A stretch of 64,000 bases of DNA from an uncultured Candidatus Entotheonella sp. (GTDB lineage Bacteria > Tectomicrobia > Entotheonellia > Entotheonellales > Entotheonellaceae). The stretch spans positions 4,000,001 to 4,064,000 of the forward strand of contig OZ244252.1 of the NCBI GenBank assembly GCA_965217185.1, read 5' to 3'. The notes below the pieces were generated by a model. That model saw only the letters and a program-made list of their open reading frames with translations, did not search any database and had not been told where the DNA came from. Positions 54,854-64,000 of the stretch are shown piece by piece. The translations under genes were made by a program, and so were the position numbers. How positions within the stretch are numbered: position 1 is the first letter of the stretch; every line of letters begins with the position of its first letter.

Positions 54854-55720
54854 ATGCCAGTGCTCAGAAGTCTGCTGTTCGTTCCGGGCAACCGCGCCAA
54901 CATGTTGCAAAAGGCGATGGGCAGCGCCCCGGACGCCTTCATTCCCGATCTGGAGGACTCCGTTCCCGCCGACGAAAAAACGCAGGCGCGCAACGTGACG
55001 GCGTCGTTTCTGGCGCAACTCGCCCAAGTCGGGCCGCGGGTCATTCCGCGCGTCAATTCTCTGGGCACCGGCTTGTTGGAGGAGGACTTGGCGGCCGTCG
55101 TCGGCCCGTATATCTATGGCGTTTCGGTGGGCAAAATTTCCACCCCGGCGGATGTGGCGGCGGTGGACGGCGTGCTGGAGAAGCTCGAAGCCAAGGCCGG
55201 CCTGCAGCGCGGCCAAATCAGGCTGGTGCCCTGGATCGAGACGGCGCTGGCCATCGTCAAAGCCTACGACATCTGCACGGCGTCGCCACGCATCGTCGGG
55301 GTGGCGTTTGGGGCGGAGGACCTGACGCACGATATGGGCATCGAGCGCAGCGAGGACGATGCCGAGGTGGCGTATTCGCGCAACGTCATGTGCGTGGCGG
55401 CGCGGGCCGCCGAGGTGCTGGCGCTGGACACGCCGTACTTTGGTTTCCGCGACCCCGAAGGGCTGCAGCGCAACGCGCGCGCCTCCCGCAAGATCGGCTT
55501 CAAGGGCAAGTTCGCCATTCATCCGGCGCAGGTGGACCTCATCAACGCCGCTTTCTCGCCCTCCGAGGCCGAGGTGGCGCACGCCCGCCGCGTGGTGGCG
55601 GCGTTCGAAGAAGCCGAGCGGCAGGGCAGGGGGTCCACGTCGCTGGACGGCCAGGTGGTGGACGTGCCGGTGGTGAAGCGCGCCCGCGCCCTGCTGGAAG
55701 TGGCGGAAAGCCTGACGTGA
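54854..55720 (+). CDS. CitE/HpcH-HpaI family CoA ester lyase
   Basis: RSLLFVPG, DLEDSV, RVN, IETA, FGAEDL, GFKGKFAIHPAQV. Confidence 0.92.
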   Translation: MPVLRSLLFVPGNRANMLQKAMGSAPDAFIPDLEDSVPADEKTQARNVTASFLAQLAQVGPRVIPRVNSLGTGLLEEDLAAVVGPYIYGVSVGKISTPADVAAVDGVLEKLEAKAGLQRGQIRLVPWIETALAIVKAYDICTASPRIVGVAFGAEDLTHDMGIERSEDDAEVAYSRNVMCVAARAAEVLALDTPYFGFRDPEGLQRNARASRKIGFKGKFAIHPAQVDLINAAFSPSEAEVAHARRVVAAFEEAERQGRGSTSLDGQVVDVPVVKRARALLEVAESLT

Positions 55721-55727
55721 GGACGAC

Positions 55728-56186
55728 TTATTCAAAGCCCTTTTCGGCGAGCCTTTCCTGCACGGCGCGGGCGAATTCCCGGCCCCATATCTCACCGGCG
55801 GTCCGGCTCTCGTGGTGCATCTGCGGCATGACGGCCAGCAGTTTGCGGCCGACCGGCGTTTCGTAGAACGCGATTAGCTCCTTGATGTCCGCGTGCGTCA
55901 GGTGCTTGTCGTAAATTGGTACCAGCATCTCCATGACGAAGGCGTCCACCTTCGCCTCCGCCCCGCTGACCATCTCTATCCACACCGCCTCGGGCACGTC
56001 GCTGTGCGCGCGCTGGAACATGCCGATGACCTGGCTGAACACCCGCAAACCGGTGTTGGAGGCGCCGGTGATGCCGAGCAGTTTCTTGATGTCGGCTCGT
56101 TTGGGCGTAGCTTCGTCTTGTCCATAAGCCGGGCCGAAGCCAAGTCCCAGCACCAGCGCCAGGACCACGAGATAGGAACGCTTCAT
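55728..56186 (-). CDS. DUF2059 family secreted protein
   Basis: Signal peptide; IYDKHLT..DIKELIAFYETPVGRKL. Confidence 0.85.
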   Translation of the reverse strand: MKRSYLVVLALVLGLGFGPAYGQDEATPKRADIKKLLGITGASNTGLRVFSQVIGMFQRAHSDVPEAVWIEMVSGAEAKVDAFVMEMLVPIYDKHLTHADIKELIAFYETPVGRKLLAVMPQMHHESRTAGEIWGREFARAVQERLAEKGFE

Positions 56187-56362
56187 GTGATGTTTCCCTT
56201 CTGAGCGCCGCAGCCCGAAGATCGGGGCATGGGTGCTCGTTCTTGATGAGTATGCTGCATCAACGGCATGTTTCACACGCCGGACGCCTCCCGCCCAGTC
56301 GTCGGAAACGCCCGACCCTGCTTTGCATAATGTATTGAAACCCATTGAGTTTGTACACGCGC

Positions 56363-56391
56363 TTGTCAAGGGCCATGGGCCAAAGTAGAAT
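56363..56391 (+). promoter_or_regulatory. sigma70 promoter TTGTCA-N17-TAGAAT
   Basis: Near-consensus boxes with 17-bp spacer upstream of the degT-like/hisD run. Confidence 0.6.
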
Positions 56392-56440
56392 GCCCCGTTT
56401 GCACGGCATCGTATCAGTCCTGACAGGGAGTATGAGCCCT

Positions 56441-57685
56441 ATGGCTCACTTGGCAATAGCGGGTGGGACAGCGCTGCGGCGGGCGCCTTTTCCGGCTTGG
56501 CCGGTCTGGGATCAAAGCGACGTGCAGGCGCTGCAGCGGGTGTTGCAAAGTGGCCATTGGGACGCCCTCAAGGGCGAGGAAGTGAGTCACTTCGAGGCCG
56601 AGTTTGCCGCCTACCAAGGCGCCGCGCACGGCGTGGCGGTGACCAATGGCACGGTCGCCCTCAAGCTGGCGCTCATTGCCGCCGGGGTGGGGCTGGGCGA
56701 CGAAGTCATCGTGCCGGGCTACACTTTTATTGCTACCGCCACCGCTGCCCTGGAACTCGGCGCCATTCCCGTTTTTGCCGACGTCGATCCGCAGACCTAC
56801 ACCCTTAATCCCGACAGCGTGGCGGCGTGCATCACAAGCCGCACGCGCGCCATTATGCCCGTCCACCTCGGCGGCTGTCCGGCGGACATGGACGGCCTGC
56901 TGGCCCTGGCCCGACGGCACGGGCTTGCCGTGGTGGAGGATGCGGCGCAGGCCTGGGGCGCGTCATGGAACGGCTGTCGCGTCGGCACCCTCGGGCAGTG
57001 CGGCATCGTCAGTTTTCACGCCTCGAAGAACCTGACCGCCGGCGAGGGCGGCATGGTTCTTTGCAACGACCCCGACATCGCTTCTCTGGTCCGTTCGCTG
57101 AGTAACTGCGGCCGCCAGCCCGACGGCCTGTGGTACGCGCACTACCTGCTGGGCGGCAACTACCGCCTCAGTGAGTTCCAGGGCGCCGTCCTGCGCAGCC
57201 AGTTGCAGCGTTATCCCGAGCAGTTCGCGCACCGCCAGGCCAACGCCGCCTACCTCACCGGGGCGCTGGCCGACATCGACGGCGTCACCCCGCTTCCTGC
57301 CGACCCCCGCGTCACCGCTAACGCTTACCACGTGTTCTTCCTGAAGTACGACGCCGAGCGCTTCGGCGACATCGGAAAACTGCGCTTCATCGCCGCCATG
57401 CGGGCCGAGGGCATCACCGATTTGCACGCCGGGTACTCGTTGCCCGCTTACCGCCAGCCTGTTATGCTGGCCAAAAATTTCGGTCTGGCCAAGCCGCCGT
57501 TCCTAAACGGATCGCACGCGGCCGTGCCGGATTACGGCGCTGTGGCCTGCCCGGTCACGGAATACGCCTGCGACTACGAGGCGTTGTGGCTACGGCAAAA
57601 CGTGCTGCTGGGCGAACGGCGCGACATGGACGACGTCGTGGCCGCGATGGACAAAATTCAACGCCATTTGGACGAAGTGCCGTAA
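56441..57685 (+). CDS. DegT/DnrJ/EryC1/StrS family PLP aminotransferase
   Basis: NGTVAL, YTFIATA, EDAAQAWG, SFHASKNLTAGEGG. Confidence 0.92.
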   Translation: MAHLAIAGGTALRRAPFPAWPVWDQSDVQALQRVLQSGHWDALKGEEVSHFEAEFAAYQGAAHGVAVTNGTVALKLALIAAGVGLGDEVIVPGYTFIATATAALELGAIPVFADVDPQTYTLNPDSVAACITSRTRAIMPVHLGGCPADMDGLLALARRHGLAVVEDAAQAWGASWNGCRVGTLGQCGIVSFHASKNLTAGEGGMVLCNDPDIASLVRSLSNCGRQPDGLWYAHYLLGGNYRLSEFQGAVLRSQLQRYPEQFAHRQANAAYLTGALADIDGVTPLPADPRVTANAYHVFFLKYDAERFGDIGKLRFIAAMRAEGITDLHAGYSLPAYRQPVMLAKNFGLAKPPFLNGSHAAVPDYGAVACPVTEYACDYEALWLRQNVLLGERRDMDDVVAAMDKIQRHLDEVP

Positions 57686-57735
57686 CCCTGCGGAAATGAC
57701 GGTCCCGGCACGACTGCACGGGCGGAGCGAGGCGC

Positions 57736-59025
57736 ATGCAAATCACACGCATCAAAGACTTGGCACCGGATGCCTACGAGCGGCTGATGCAGCGCTCGGG
57801 GGCGGACGTGCAGCGCGTCATGCCGCAGGTGCAGGAGATCATGGCGGACGTCCGTGAGCGCGGCGATGCGGCGCTGCGCGAATACGCCGCGCGGTTCGAC
57901 GGCGCCGCCGTGGATGACATCCGTGTCAGTGAGGACGAGGTCGCCGAGGCCAAACGTCAGTTGGCGCCGGAGTTGCTGACCAGCCTGGAGCGGGCGAGAG
58001 ACAACATCGAACGTTTCCACCGCCAGCAGCTTCCCGCCGAAGACCTGCACGAGTTGCAACCTGGCGTGCGCACCGGGCGCATGTGGCGGCCCATCGAGAA
58101 GGTTGGCCTCTACGCCCCCGGCGGCAAGGCCCTGTACCCTTCCACCGTGTTGATGCTCGGCGTTCCCGCCAGGGTGGCGGGCTGCGAGCAGCGGGTGTTG
58201 TGCATGCCGCCGCAGAAAGACGGCAGCCTGCCTGCGGTGATGTTGGCCGCCGCCGATTGCGTCGGTATCCGCGACATCTTCAAAGTCGGTGGCGCCCAGG
58301 CCATCGCCGCCATGACGTTCGGCACCGAGAGCGTGCCGCAGGTCTACAAGATATTCGGTCCCGGCAGCGTGTACGTGGTGGCCGCCAAAATCTGCGCCGC
58401 CAGCAGCGGCCTGCCGATCGCCATTGACTGCCCCCCCGGCCCGTCGGAAGTGCTGATTATCGCCGATCATACCGCCCAGCCGGCCTTCGTGGCCGCCGAC
58501 CTGTTGTCCCAGGCCGAGCACGGCGAAGACTCGGCGGCCATCCTGCTGACCCCCAGCGAATCCCTGGCCCAGGAAGTGCAGGCAGCTGTCGAGCGGCAGA
58601 TACCCGAGTTGCCCGAGGCCCGCCGCATCCAGGCGGCCCTCGACAACTACGGCATGATTCTCATTGCCGACGACCTGGAGGACTGCACCGACTTCGCCAA
58701 CGCCTACGCGCCCGAGCACCTGGAAATCATGACCGAGGACCCGTGGGCCGTGAGCCGCGGTATCGTCAACGCCGGCTCGGTATTTCTCGGCCACTATTCA
58801 CCTGTCACCATGGGCGATTACCTGTCGGGCACCAACCACGTCATCCCGACAGGAGGTTACGCCCGCATGTTCTCGCCGCTGTCGGTCGATGAGTTCATCA
58901 AAAAACTGGAAGTCCAGGAACTGACGCCGCAGGGCCTGCAGGCGCTGCAAGAGCCGCTGCGCGCCCTGACCACCGCCGAGGGCTTTGCTGCGCACCAGCG
59001 GGCCGTGGACGTCCGCTTTAGCTAG
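57736..59025 (+). CDS. hisD: Histidinol dehydrogenase
   Basis: GLYAPGG..YPSTVLM, GGAQAIAA, PGPSEV, DLLSQAEH, APEHLE, GTNHVIPT. Confidence 0.93.
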   Translation: MQITRIKDLAPDAYERLMQRSGADVQRVMPQVQEIMADVRERGDAALREYAARFDGAAVDDIRVSEDEVAEAKRQLAPELLTSLERARDNIERFHRQQLPAEDLHELQPGVRTGRMWRPIEKVGLYAPGGKALYPSTVLMLGVPARVAGCEQRVLCMPPQKDGSLPAVMLAAADCVGIRDIFKVGGAQAIAAMTFGTESVPQVYKIFGPGSVYVVAAKICAASSGLPIAIDCPPGPSEVLIIADHTAQPAFVAADLLSQAEHGEDSAAILLTPSESLAQEVQAAVERQIPELPEARRIQAALDNYGMILIADDLEDCTDFANAYAPEHLEIMTEDPWAVSRGIVNAGSVFLGHYSPVTMGDYLSGTNHVIPTGGYARMFSPLSVDEFIKKLEVQELTPQGLQALQEPLRALTTAEGFAAHQRAVDVRFS

Positions 59026-59036
59026 GAAATCACGCC

Positions 59037-62000
59037 ATGAGCCAGGAATACCGCGTTTTCGCCAAATTCGTGCGGCGGGTGCAGCGTCGCCTCTATCAAC
59101 GCCGTCTGTTGCAGGGCGGCGTGCTGACCGGCATTGTGGCCCTGGCCCTGCTGCTGCTGGGCGTCGCGGTGCAGCCGCTGATCCCGCGGCTGCCGCTGGC
59201 CGCCCTGGTCTACAGCGCCGTGGGCGTGCTGGCCGTGTTGGCACTGATCCCTTACGTGCTGCGGCCGGCCGTGCGCTGGGTGACGCAGAAGCAGGCCCTG
59301 GCGCGCATCGAGGAGGCCTATCCCGGTTCGCACGACGACCTGCGCAACGCTCTGCAACTGGACGCCGAGGCATTGCGCCGTGCCAACCCGCACGGCGTGG
59401 CGCTCGATTTGGTGCAGGCGCTGCACGGGCGCGTCGCTCGCCAGGTGGCCGAATTCAAGACGCGCAGCGTGGTGCGCCGCCGACGCCTGCAGGGCGTGGC
59501 TTGGTGCGCCATGCTGGTGCTGGCCGCGGTTGGCGCCAGCCGCTTGCAGCCCGGCGCCCTGGGCGAGTCGTGGCGCATGCTGACCCAGCCCCAGTCCTAC
59601 CTGCCGGCGCGCGCCATGGACATCACCATTGAGCCCGTTCAGGCGGTCATCGCGCGTGGCAGCAACCTCGACGTGCAGGCACAGGTGAGCGGGCGTTTGC
59701 CGCGTAATATGCAGATCCGCCTGCAACGCGACGGCGAGGCCGCGCAATCGTATGACATGGAAGGCCAGGAGCCCGGCGTCTTCCGCTACACCATTCTCGA
59801 ACCGCAGGCGTCGCTGAGCTTTCAGGCCGTCAACGGCGGTTACGCCTCCGAAGCCGGCGCGTTGAAGGTGGTGCCCGACCCGGCCGTCGGCCAACTGGTG
59901 CTGCGCTACCTGTTTCCCGACTACACCGGCCTGCCCGAACAGGTCCAGGAGGGCGGCGGCGACATCCAGGCGCTGCCCGGTACCCAGGTGCGCCTCAGCA
60001 TGCGCGCCAACGTTCCTCTGGCCAGCGGCCGCATGCGTTTCGAGGTCGGCGATGAAGTCCCCCTCGCTATTACCGACGGCCAGGAGCTGCGCGGCGAGTT
60101 GCTGGTCATGCAGAACGACGCCTACGTCATCGAGGTCGAAGACCTGCACGGCCTGAAGAACTCCCGCCCGCCGCGTTTTGCGGTGCAGGTGCAGCCCGAT
60201 GCCGTGCCCACCGTTGAAGTGATCGAACCCGGCGACGGTGTGGAAGTAGACGAAACCACCACCCTGAGCATCCGCTACGAGGCGGCGGACGACTTCGGCC
60301 TGCAAAATGCTGCTTTGATCTACTTCGGCCCGGCCGGCGGCGAACAGCGCGTGCCGATGCACCAGGGCCGCTTCGACCGCTCGTCGGTCTTCGAAACCTT
60401 CACCTGGAACATGAACGATTGGGTGCTGCCGGACGGCGATACCCTGCAGTTCTACGTCGAGGTGTACGACAACGACACCATCAGCGGCCCCAAGCGCGGC
60501 GTGTCGGAGACCGTGACCCTGCGCATGCGGAACCGTGAACAGGAACACGACGAACTGGAGCAATTGCAGGAAGAGCTCGCCGACGCCATGCTCGACCTGC
60601 TTGCCGACCACCTCGACCTGGCCGCCGAATTCGAGGAATGGCAGGAGCAGGCCGAGGCGGATGAGGAACTCGACCCCAACGCTCTGGAGCAGGCCCAAGA
60701 GCGCCAGCAGGAGGCTGAGCAGCGCGCCGAGCAACTCGCCGAGCAGGTGGATGAGGCCCTCGCCAGGGTTCAGAACGACCCGTACAGCTCGTACGAGAGC
60801 TTTGCCGATTTGCAGGCTCTGCAGCGGAACATGGAGCGCATGCAGAACAATCTGATGCCGTCACTGCAGCAGAGCATGCAGGCCATGCCGCAGCAGAACG
60901 CCTCGCCGTCGCAGATGGCCGAACCACAGGAGCGGCTCGAGGACGTGCTGGAGGAGTTGGAGCGCATGGCGTCGCTGTCCGAGCAGATCGCCGACAACGA
61001 GAAGATGCAGGACCTGGAGCGCCTCAGCACCAAGATGATGGAGGAGCAGAATTCTCTGCTGTCGGCGCTCGACGATCTGCCGCAGGACTTCCAGGGCGGT
61101 GAGTTGCCGCCGGAACTCCAGGAGATGCTGGACAACCTGCAATCCATGATGCAGCAACTCATGGAGGCCATGGCGCAGATGCCCACAGCCATGTCCGACG
61201 AGTTTCTCAACAGCCAGCTCGAAAATCTGCCGCTGGACGACATGGCGCAGCAAATGCAGGAACTGCAAGAAAAACTGGCCGAAGGCGATCTTGAGGCCGC
61301 CAAGAAGCTGGCCGAGGAACTTCTGAAGAACATGTCGGCGATGGTGGCCGCCATGCAGAACATGCAGCAGCAGGCGGGCGAGGGCACGATGGACGCCATG
61401 GGGCAGCAGTTGATGGAGTCGGCCAACCGCCTGCAGGACCTGGTGCAGCGCCAGGATGAGATTCTGAACGACACGCAGCAGATCGACCAGGACGCGGTGA
61501 AGCGGCTGAACGAGGCGCAGCAGCAGGCGTTTGAGTCGGCGCAGCAAACCGTTGAGGACGAGCTGAACGCGCTGTCGCGGCAGTTGGCGGAATGGGCGCA
61601 GCGCTGGCGTCGGCAGCCGGACGCCGATCGCATGTTCGACGAAGTTGCGCGGCATACGCTGCGGCCGGTGTTCGACGCCATGAAGCACCTGGACGAGCCC
61701 GACATGCCAAAGGCGCGGCAGGCTATGCAGAAGGCCCAGGAACAACTCGATTGGCTGCAGCAGCGCGCCGCCCAGACGATGCCGGATGATGCCGCCCTGC
61801 AACAGCAAACGGCGCAGGCGCAGCAGCGCATGCAGGCCGCGCAGCAGGCGCTCGACAGCCTGCCGCAGGACCGCCACGCCATGCTGACGCCGCAGCAGCG
61901 CGAACAGCTCGGCGGCCTGTCGCAGCAACAGGCCGGGGTGCAGGCAGACGCGCAGCAACTGGCCGAGGAACTGGCGCAGATGATGCCGTTGCTGCCGTCG

Positions 62001-62438
62001 CTGCCGGGCGACATCAGCCAGAACGTGCAGGACGCCGTGCCGTTCATGGGGGAGGCCAGGGACGCCCTCGGCAACCAGCAAAGCCAGCCCGCCATTCCGC
62101 CCGAGCAGGCCGCCCTGGAGCGCCTGCGCAGCGCCAATACCAGTATGCAGCAGGCCATGCAGGGCATGCAGCAGCGCGGCCAGATGATGGGCATGTCCAT
62201 GCCCATGCTGCAGCAGGCCGGCCGCATGCCCATACCGGGGATGCTGGATCAGATGCGCATTGACGAGCAGGAGGCGGGCCGGATGGGCACCAGCGTGCGC
62301 AATTTCCAGTTGCCCGACAAGGAGGCGTACAAGGTGCCGCGCATGTTCCGTGAGGACATCATGGAGGCGCTGCAAGAGGGCTACCCGGAACGCTACAAGG
62401 ACCGCATCGAGCAGTATTATCGGGACATCGTCCGTTGA
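59037..62438 (+). CDS. DUF4175-like membrane-anchored protein with long Gln/Met-rich coiled coil
   Basis: Three N-terminal TM segments, PDYTGLP, ADDFGL, DNDTISGPK, C-terminal P.RY...IEQYY. Confidence 0.8.
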   Translation: MSQEYRVFAKFVRRVQRRLYQRRLLQGGVLTGIVALALLLLGVAVQPLIPRLPLAALVYSAVGVLAVLALIPYVLRPAVRWVTQKQALARIEEAYPGSHDDLRNALQLDAEALRRANPHGVALDLVQALHGRVARQVAEFKTRSVVRRRRLQGVAWCAMLVLAAVGASRLQPGALGESWRMLTQPQSYLPARAMDITIEPVQAVIARGSNLDVQAQVSGRLPRNMQIRLQRDGEAAQSYDMEGQEPGVFRYTILEPQASLSFQAVNGGYASEAGALKVVPDPAVGQLVLRYLFPDYTGLPEQVQEGGGDIQALPGTQVRLSMRANVPLASGRMRFEVGDEVPLAITDGQELRGELLVMQNDAYVIEVEDLHGLKNSRPPRFAVQVQPDAVPTVEVIEPGDGVEVDETTTLSIRYEAADDFGLQNAALIYFGPAGGEQRVPMHQGRFDRSSVFETFTWNMNDWVLPDGDTLQFYVEVYDNDTISGPKRGVSETVTLRMRNREQEHDELEQLQEELADAMLDLLADHLDLAAEFEEWQEQAEADEELDPNALEQAQERQQEAEQRAEQLAEQVDEALARVQNDPYSSYESFADLQALQRNMERMQNNLMPSLQQSMQAMPQQNASPSQMAEPQERLEDVLEELERMASLSEQIADNEKMQDLERLSTKMMEEQNSLLSALDDLPQDFQGGELPPELQEMLDNLQSMMQQLMEAMAQMPTAMSDEFLNSQLENLPLDDMAQQMQELQEKLAEGDLEAAKKLAEELLKNMSAMVAAMQNMQQQAGEGTMDAMGQQLMESANRLQDLVQRQDEILNDTQQIDQDAVKRLNEAQQQAFESAQQTVEDELNALSRQLAEWAQRWRRQPDADRMFDEVARHTLRPVFDAMKHLDEPDMPKARQAMQKAQEQLDWLQQRAAQTMPDDAALQQQTAQAQQRMQAAQQALDSLPQDRHAMLTPQQREQLGGLSQQQAGVQADAQQLAEELAQMMPLLPSLPGDISQNVQDAVPFMGEARDALGNQQSQPAIPPEQAALERLRSANTSMQQAMQGMQQRGQMMGMSMPMLQQAGRMPIPGMLDQMRIDEQEAGRMGTSVRNFQLPDKEAYKVPRMFREDIMEALQEGYPERYKDRIEQYYRDIVR

Positions 62439-64000
62439 GCCGTGTCAGTTTTCAATACCTCGTGGCTATCGTCCTTTGCCTCTGTTTGTTGCCGGCTGCC
62501 GCTTGGGGCATGCGGCAGGGCAGGGAAGGTGAGGCCCGCTTCGAGAACGAGGGCGAGGCGCTGCTGGACCGCTGGCAGGCCGCCGCCGCCCTTGACTGGG
62601 TAGGAGCCAAGCTCGCCGCCGAACCGATGCAGCCCGCCTGGCGGTTCCTTCGCGGTCGCGCGCTGTTTTACCAGGGCCGCTACCAGGAAGCCCTCGACGT
62701 TTTCGACGCCTTGCTCGACGTACTGCCGCATCCGAGTTTTCAGGCCTACCGCGATTTTGTCGCCGAAACCCAGCGCAGCACGGCGGACCTGGAACTGCTG
62801 GAAACGCCCCACTTCCTTATTTACATCGATCCCCAGCGCGACGCCGCCTTGATGCCATACGTGGCTGACGTGCTGGAGCGCAGCTATCAGCGCCTCGGCG
62901 GCTATTTTCAGTTTTTCCCCGGAGAGAAGATTCGCGTCGAGATCTTTCCCACCACGTCGACCTTCTACCCGGCTTCCAGCCTGTCGGCCCGCGACATCGA
63001 GGTGTCCGGCGCCATCGGTATCTGCAAGTTCAACAAGATCATGCTGTTGTCGCCGCGCAACCTGGCGCGCGGCTACCGCTGGACGGATTCCCTGAGCCAC
63101 GAATACGTGCATTACATCCTGGTGCACCTGAGCCACAACCGGGCGCCGATCTGGCTGCACGAGGGCATGGCGCGCTACTTCGAGGATGCCTGGCGACTGC
63201 CGCAGCCGGGCTGGCTGAACCGCCGCACCGAATCGCTGCTGGCGCACGCCTTGGCCAACAACAGCTTCGTGGGCTTCAAGAACATGGAGCCGTCGCTGGT
63301 CAAACTGGAGACGACCTATCAGGTGCAGCTGGGGTACGCCGAGGCGGCTTCGGCCATCGACTTCATTGTGAACCGGCTCGGCTTCGAGGGTCTGCCGCTG
63401 TTGCTGCAGGAGTTGCAACAGGCGCCGGAAGGCGAGGGCGCCGCGGAAGCGATCGCCCGCCTGATGGGCTTTGGGTTCGACGCCTTTGAAAAGGAGTGGC
63501 GTCAGTATCTGACGGCGCGCGGCCTGAAGGCGCACGACGGCGTGCGCATGCCGCGCTTCGACCTGAAGCAGGACGGCAAGGCGCCGACCGCCGACCTGCG
63601 CCGCGAAATCAGCTCCGGCACGGCCCGCATGCACAGCCGCCTGGGCGACCGGCTGCGCCGTCGCGGGCGTCTGCCGGCCGCCGCCATGGAGTATCGCCGC
63701 GCCCTGGAGCAGGAGCCGCAGTCGCCGTTCCTGCTCAACAAGCTGGCCACGGCGCTGATGGCGCAGGGGCGGCGGCAACAGGCCCTGCGGCACCTGCTGC
63801 GGGCCAGTGAACTGGAAACGGATTACGTCACCACGTACACCAACCTGGGCGGGTTGTACATCGTCTTGGGCGAATACGAGCGGGCGTGCGAAGCGTTGGC
63901 GCAGGCGACCCAGATCAATCCCTTCGACCCTACGGTGCACTTGCATCTGGCCACCTGCCACGCGCAGTTGGGCGATGAAGACAAGGCGCAACAGGAACGG
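62435..64000 (+). CDS. Secreted TPR-containing peptidase MA-like metallopeptidase (runs off the window)
   Basis: TTG overlaps the upstream TGA; signal peptide; LSHEYVH and PIWLHEGMARYFE; TPRs at both ends. Confidence 0.85.
   Translation, partial: MSRVSFQYLVAIVLCLCLLPAAAWGMRQGREGEARFENEGEALLDRWQAAAALDWVGAKLAAEPMQPAWRFLRGRALFYQGRYQEALDVFDALLDVLPHPSFQAYRDFVAETQRSTADLELLETPHFLIYIDPQRDAALMPYVADVLERSYQRLGGYFQFFPGEKIRVEIFPTTSTFYPASSLSARDIEVSGAIGICKFNKIMLLSPRNLARGYRWTDSLSHEYVHYILVHLSHNRAPIWLHEGMARYFEDAWRLPQPGWLNRRTESLLAHALANNSFVGFKNMEPSLVKLETTYQVQLGYAEAASAIDFIVNRLGFEGLPLLLQELQQAPEGEGAAEAIARLMGFGFDAFEKEWRQYLTARGLKAHDGVRMPRFDLKQDGKAPTADLRREISSGTARMHSRLGDRLRRRGRLPAAAMEYRRALEQEPQSPFLLNKLATALMAQGRRQQALRHLLRASELETDYVTTYTNLGGLYIVLGEYERACEALAQATQINPFDPTVHLHLATCHAQLGDEDKAQQER

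Noticed and set aside
59037..62438. Gln/Met-rich low-complexity region as a repeat element
   Set aside because: Typical coiled-coil composition of DUF4175-like proteins

Overview
GC-rich bacterial chromosome segment whose gene content (cadherin/Calx-beta/FN3/Sel1 surface proteins, F420-type oxidoreductases, many REP families) is reminiscent of sponge-associated symbionts; this host assignment is inference only. Housekeeping genes: nuoM-nuoN, a double-length uvrA, rnhA, lptG, msbA, lptD, katA/oxyR, hisD, CitE and DegT homologues, and a DUF4175 plus TPR-peptidase pair. The most striking part is a ~24 kb block (~3.5-27.6 kb) between the uvrA 3' end and a decayed copy of that same 3' end. It encodes a PAS histidine kinase, a sigma54 enhancer-binding response regulator, a LuxR-type regulator and three modular surface proteins. 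It also carries four copies of a ~230-270 bp sigma54 promoter/enhancer cassette with conserved spacing, which looks like a self-contained sigma54 regulon. Inside it, an IS1595-family element (22-bp TIRs, 8-bp TSD) has lost its transposase N-terminus and carries an atypical long-variable-arm tRNA-like cloverleaf plus a hicBA-like pair. Elsewhere there are decayed TA loci, a frameshifted type II RM system and a candidate defence cassette (nuclease, Sel1-helicase fusion, tandem-domain protein). All calls are by eye; no database searches were run.
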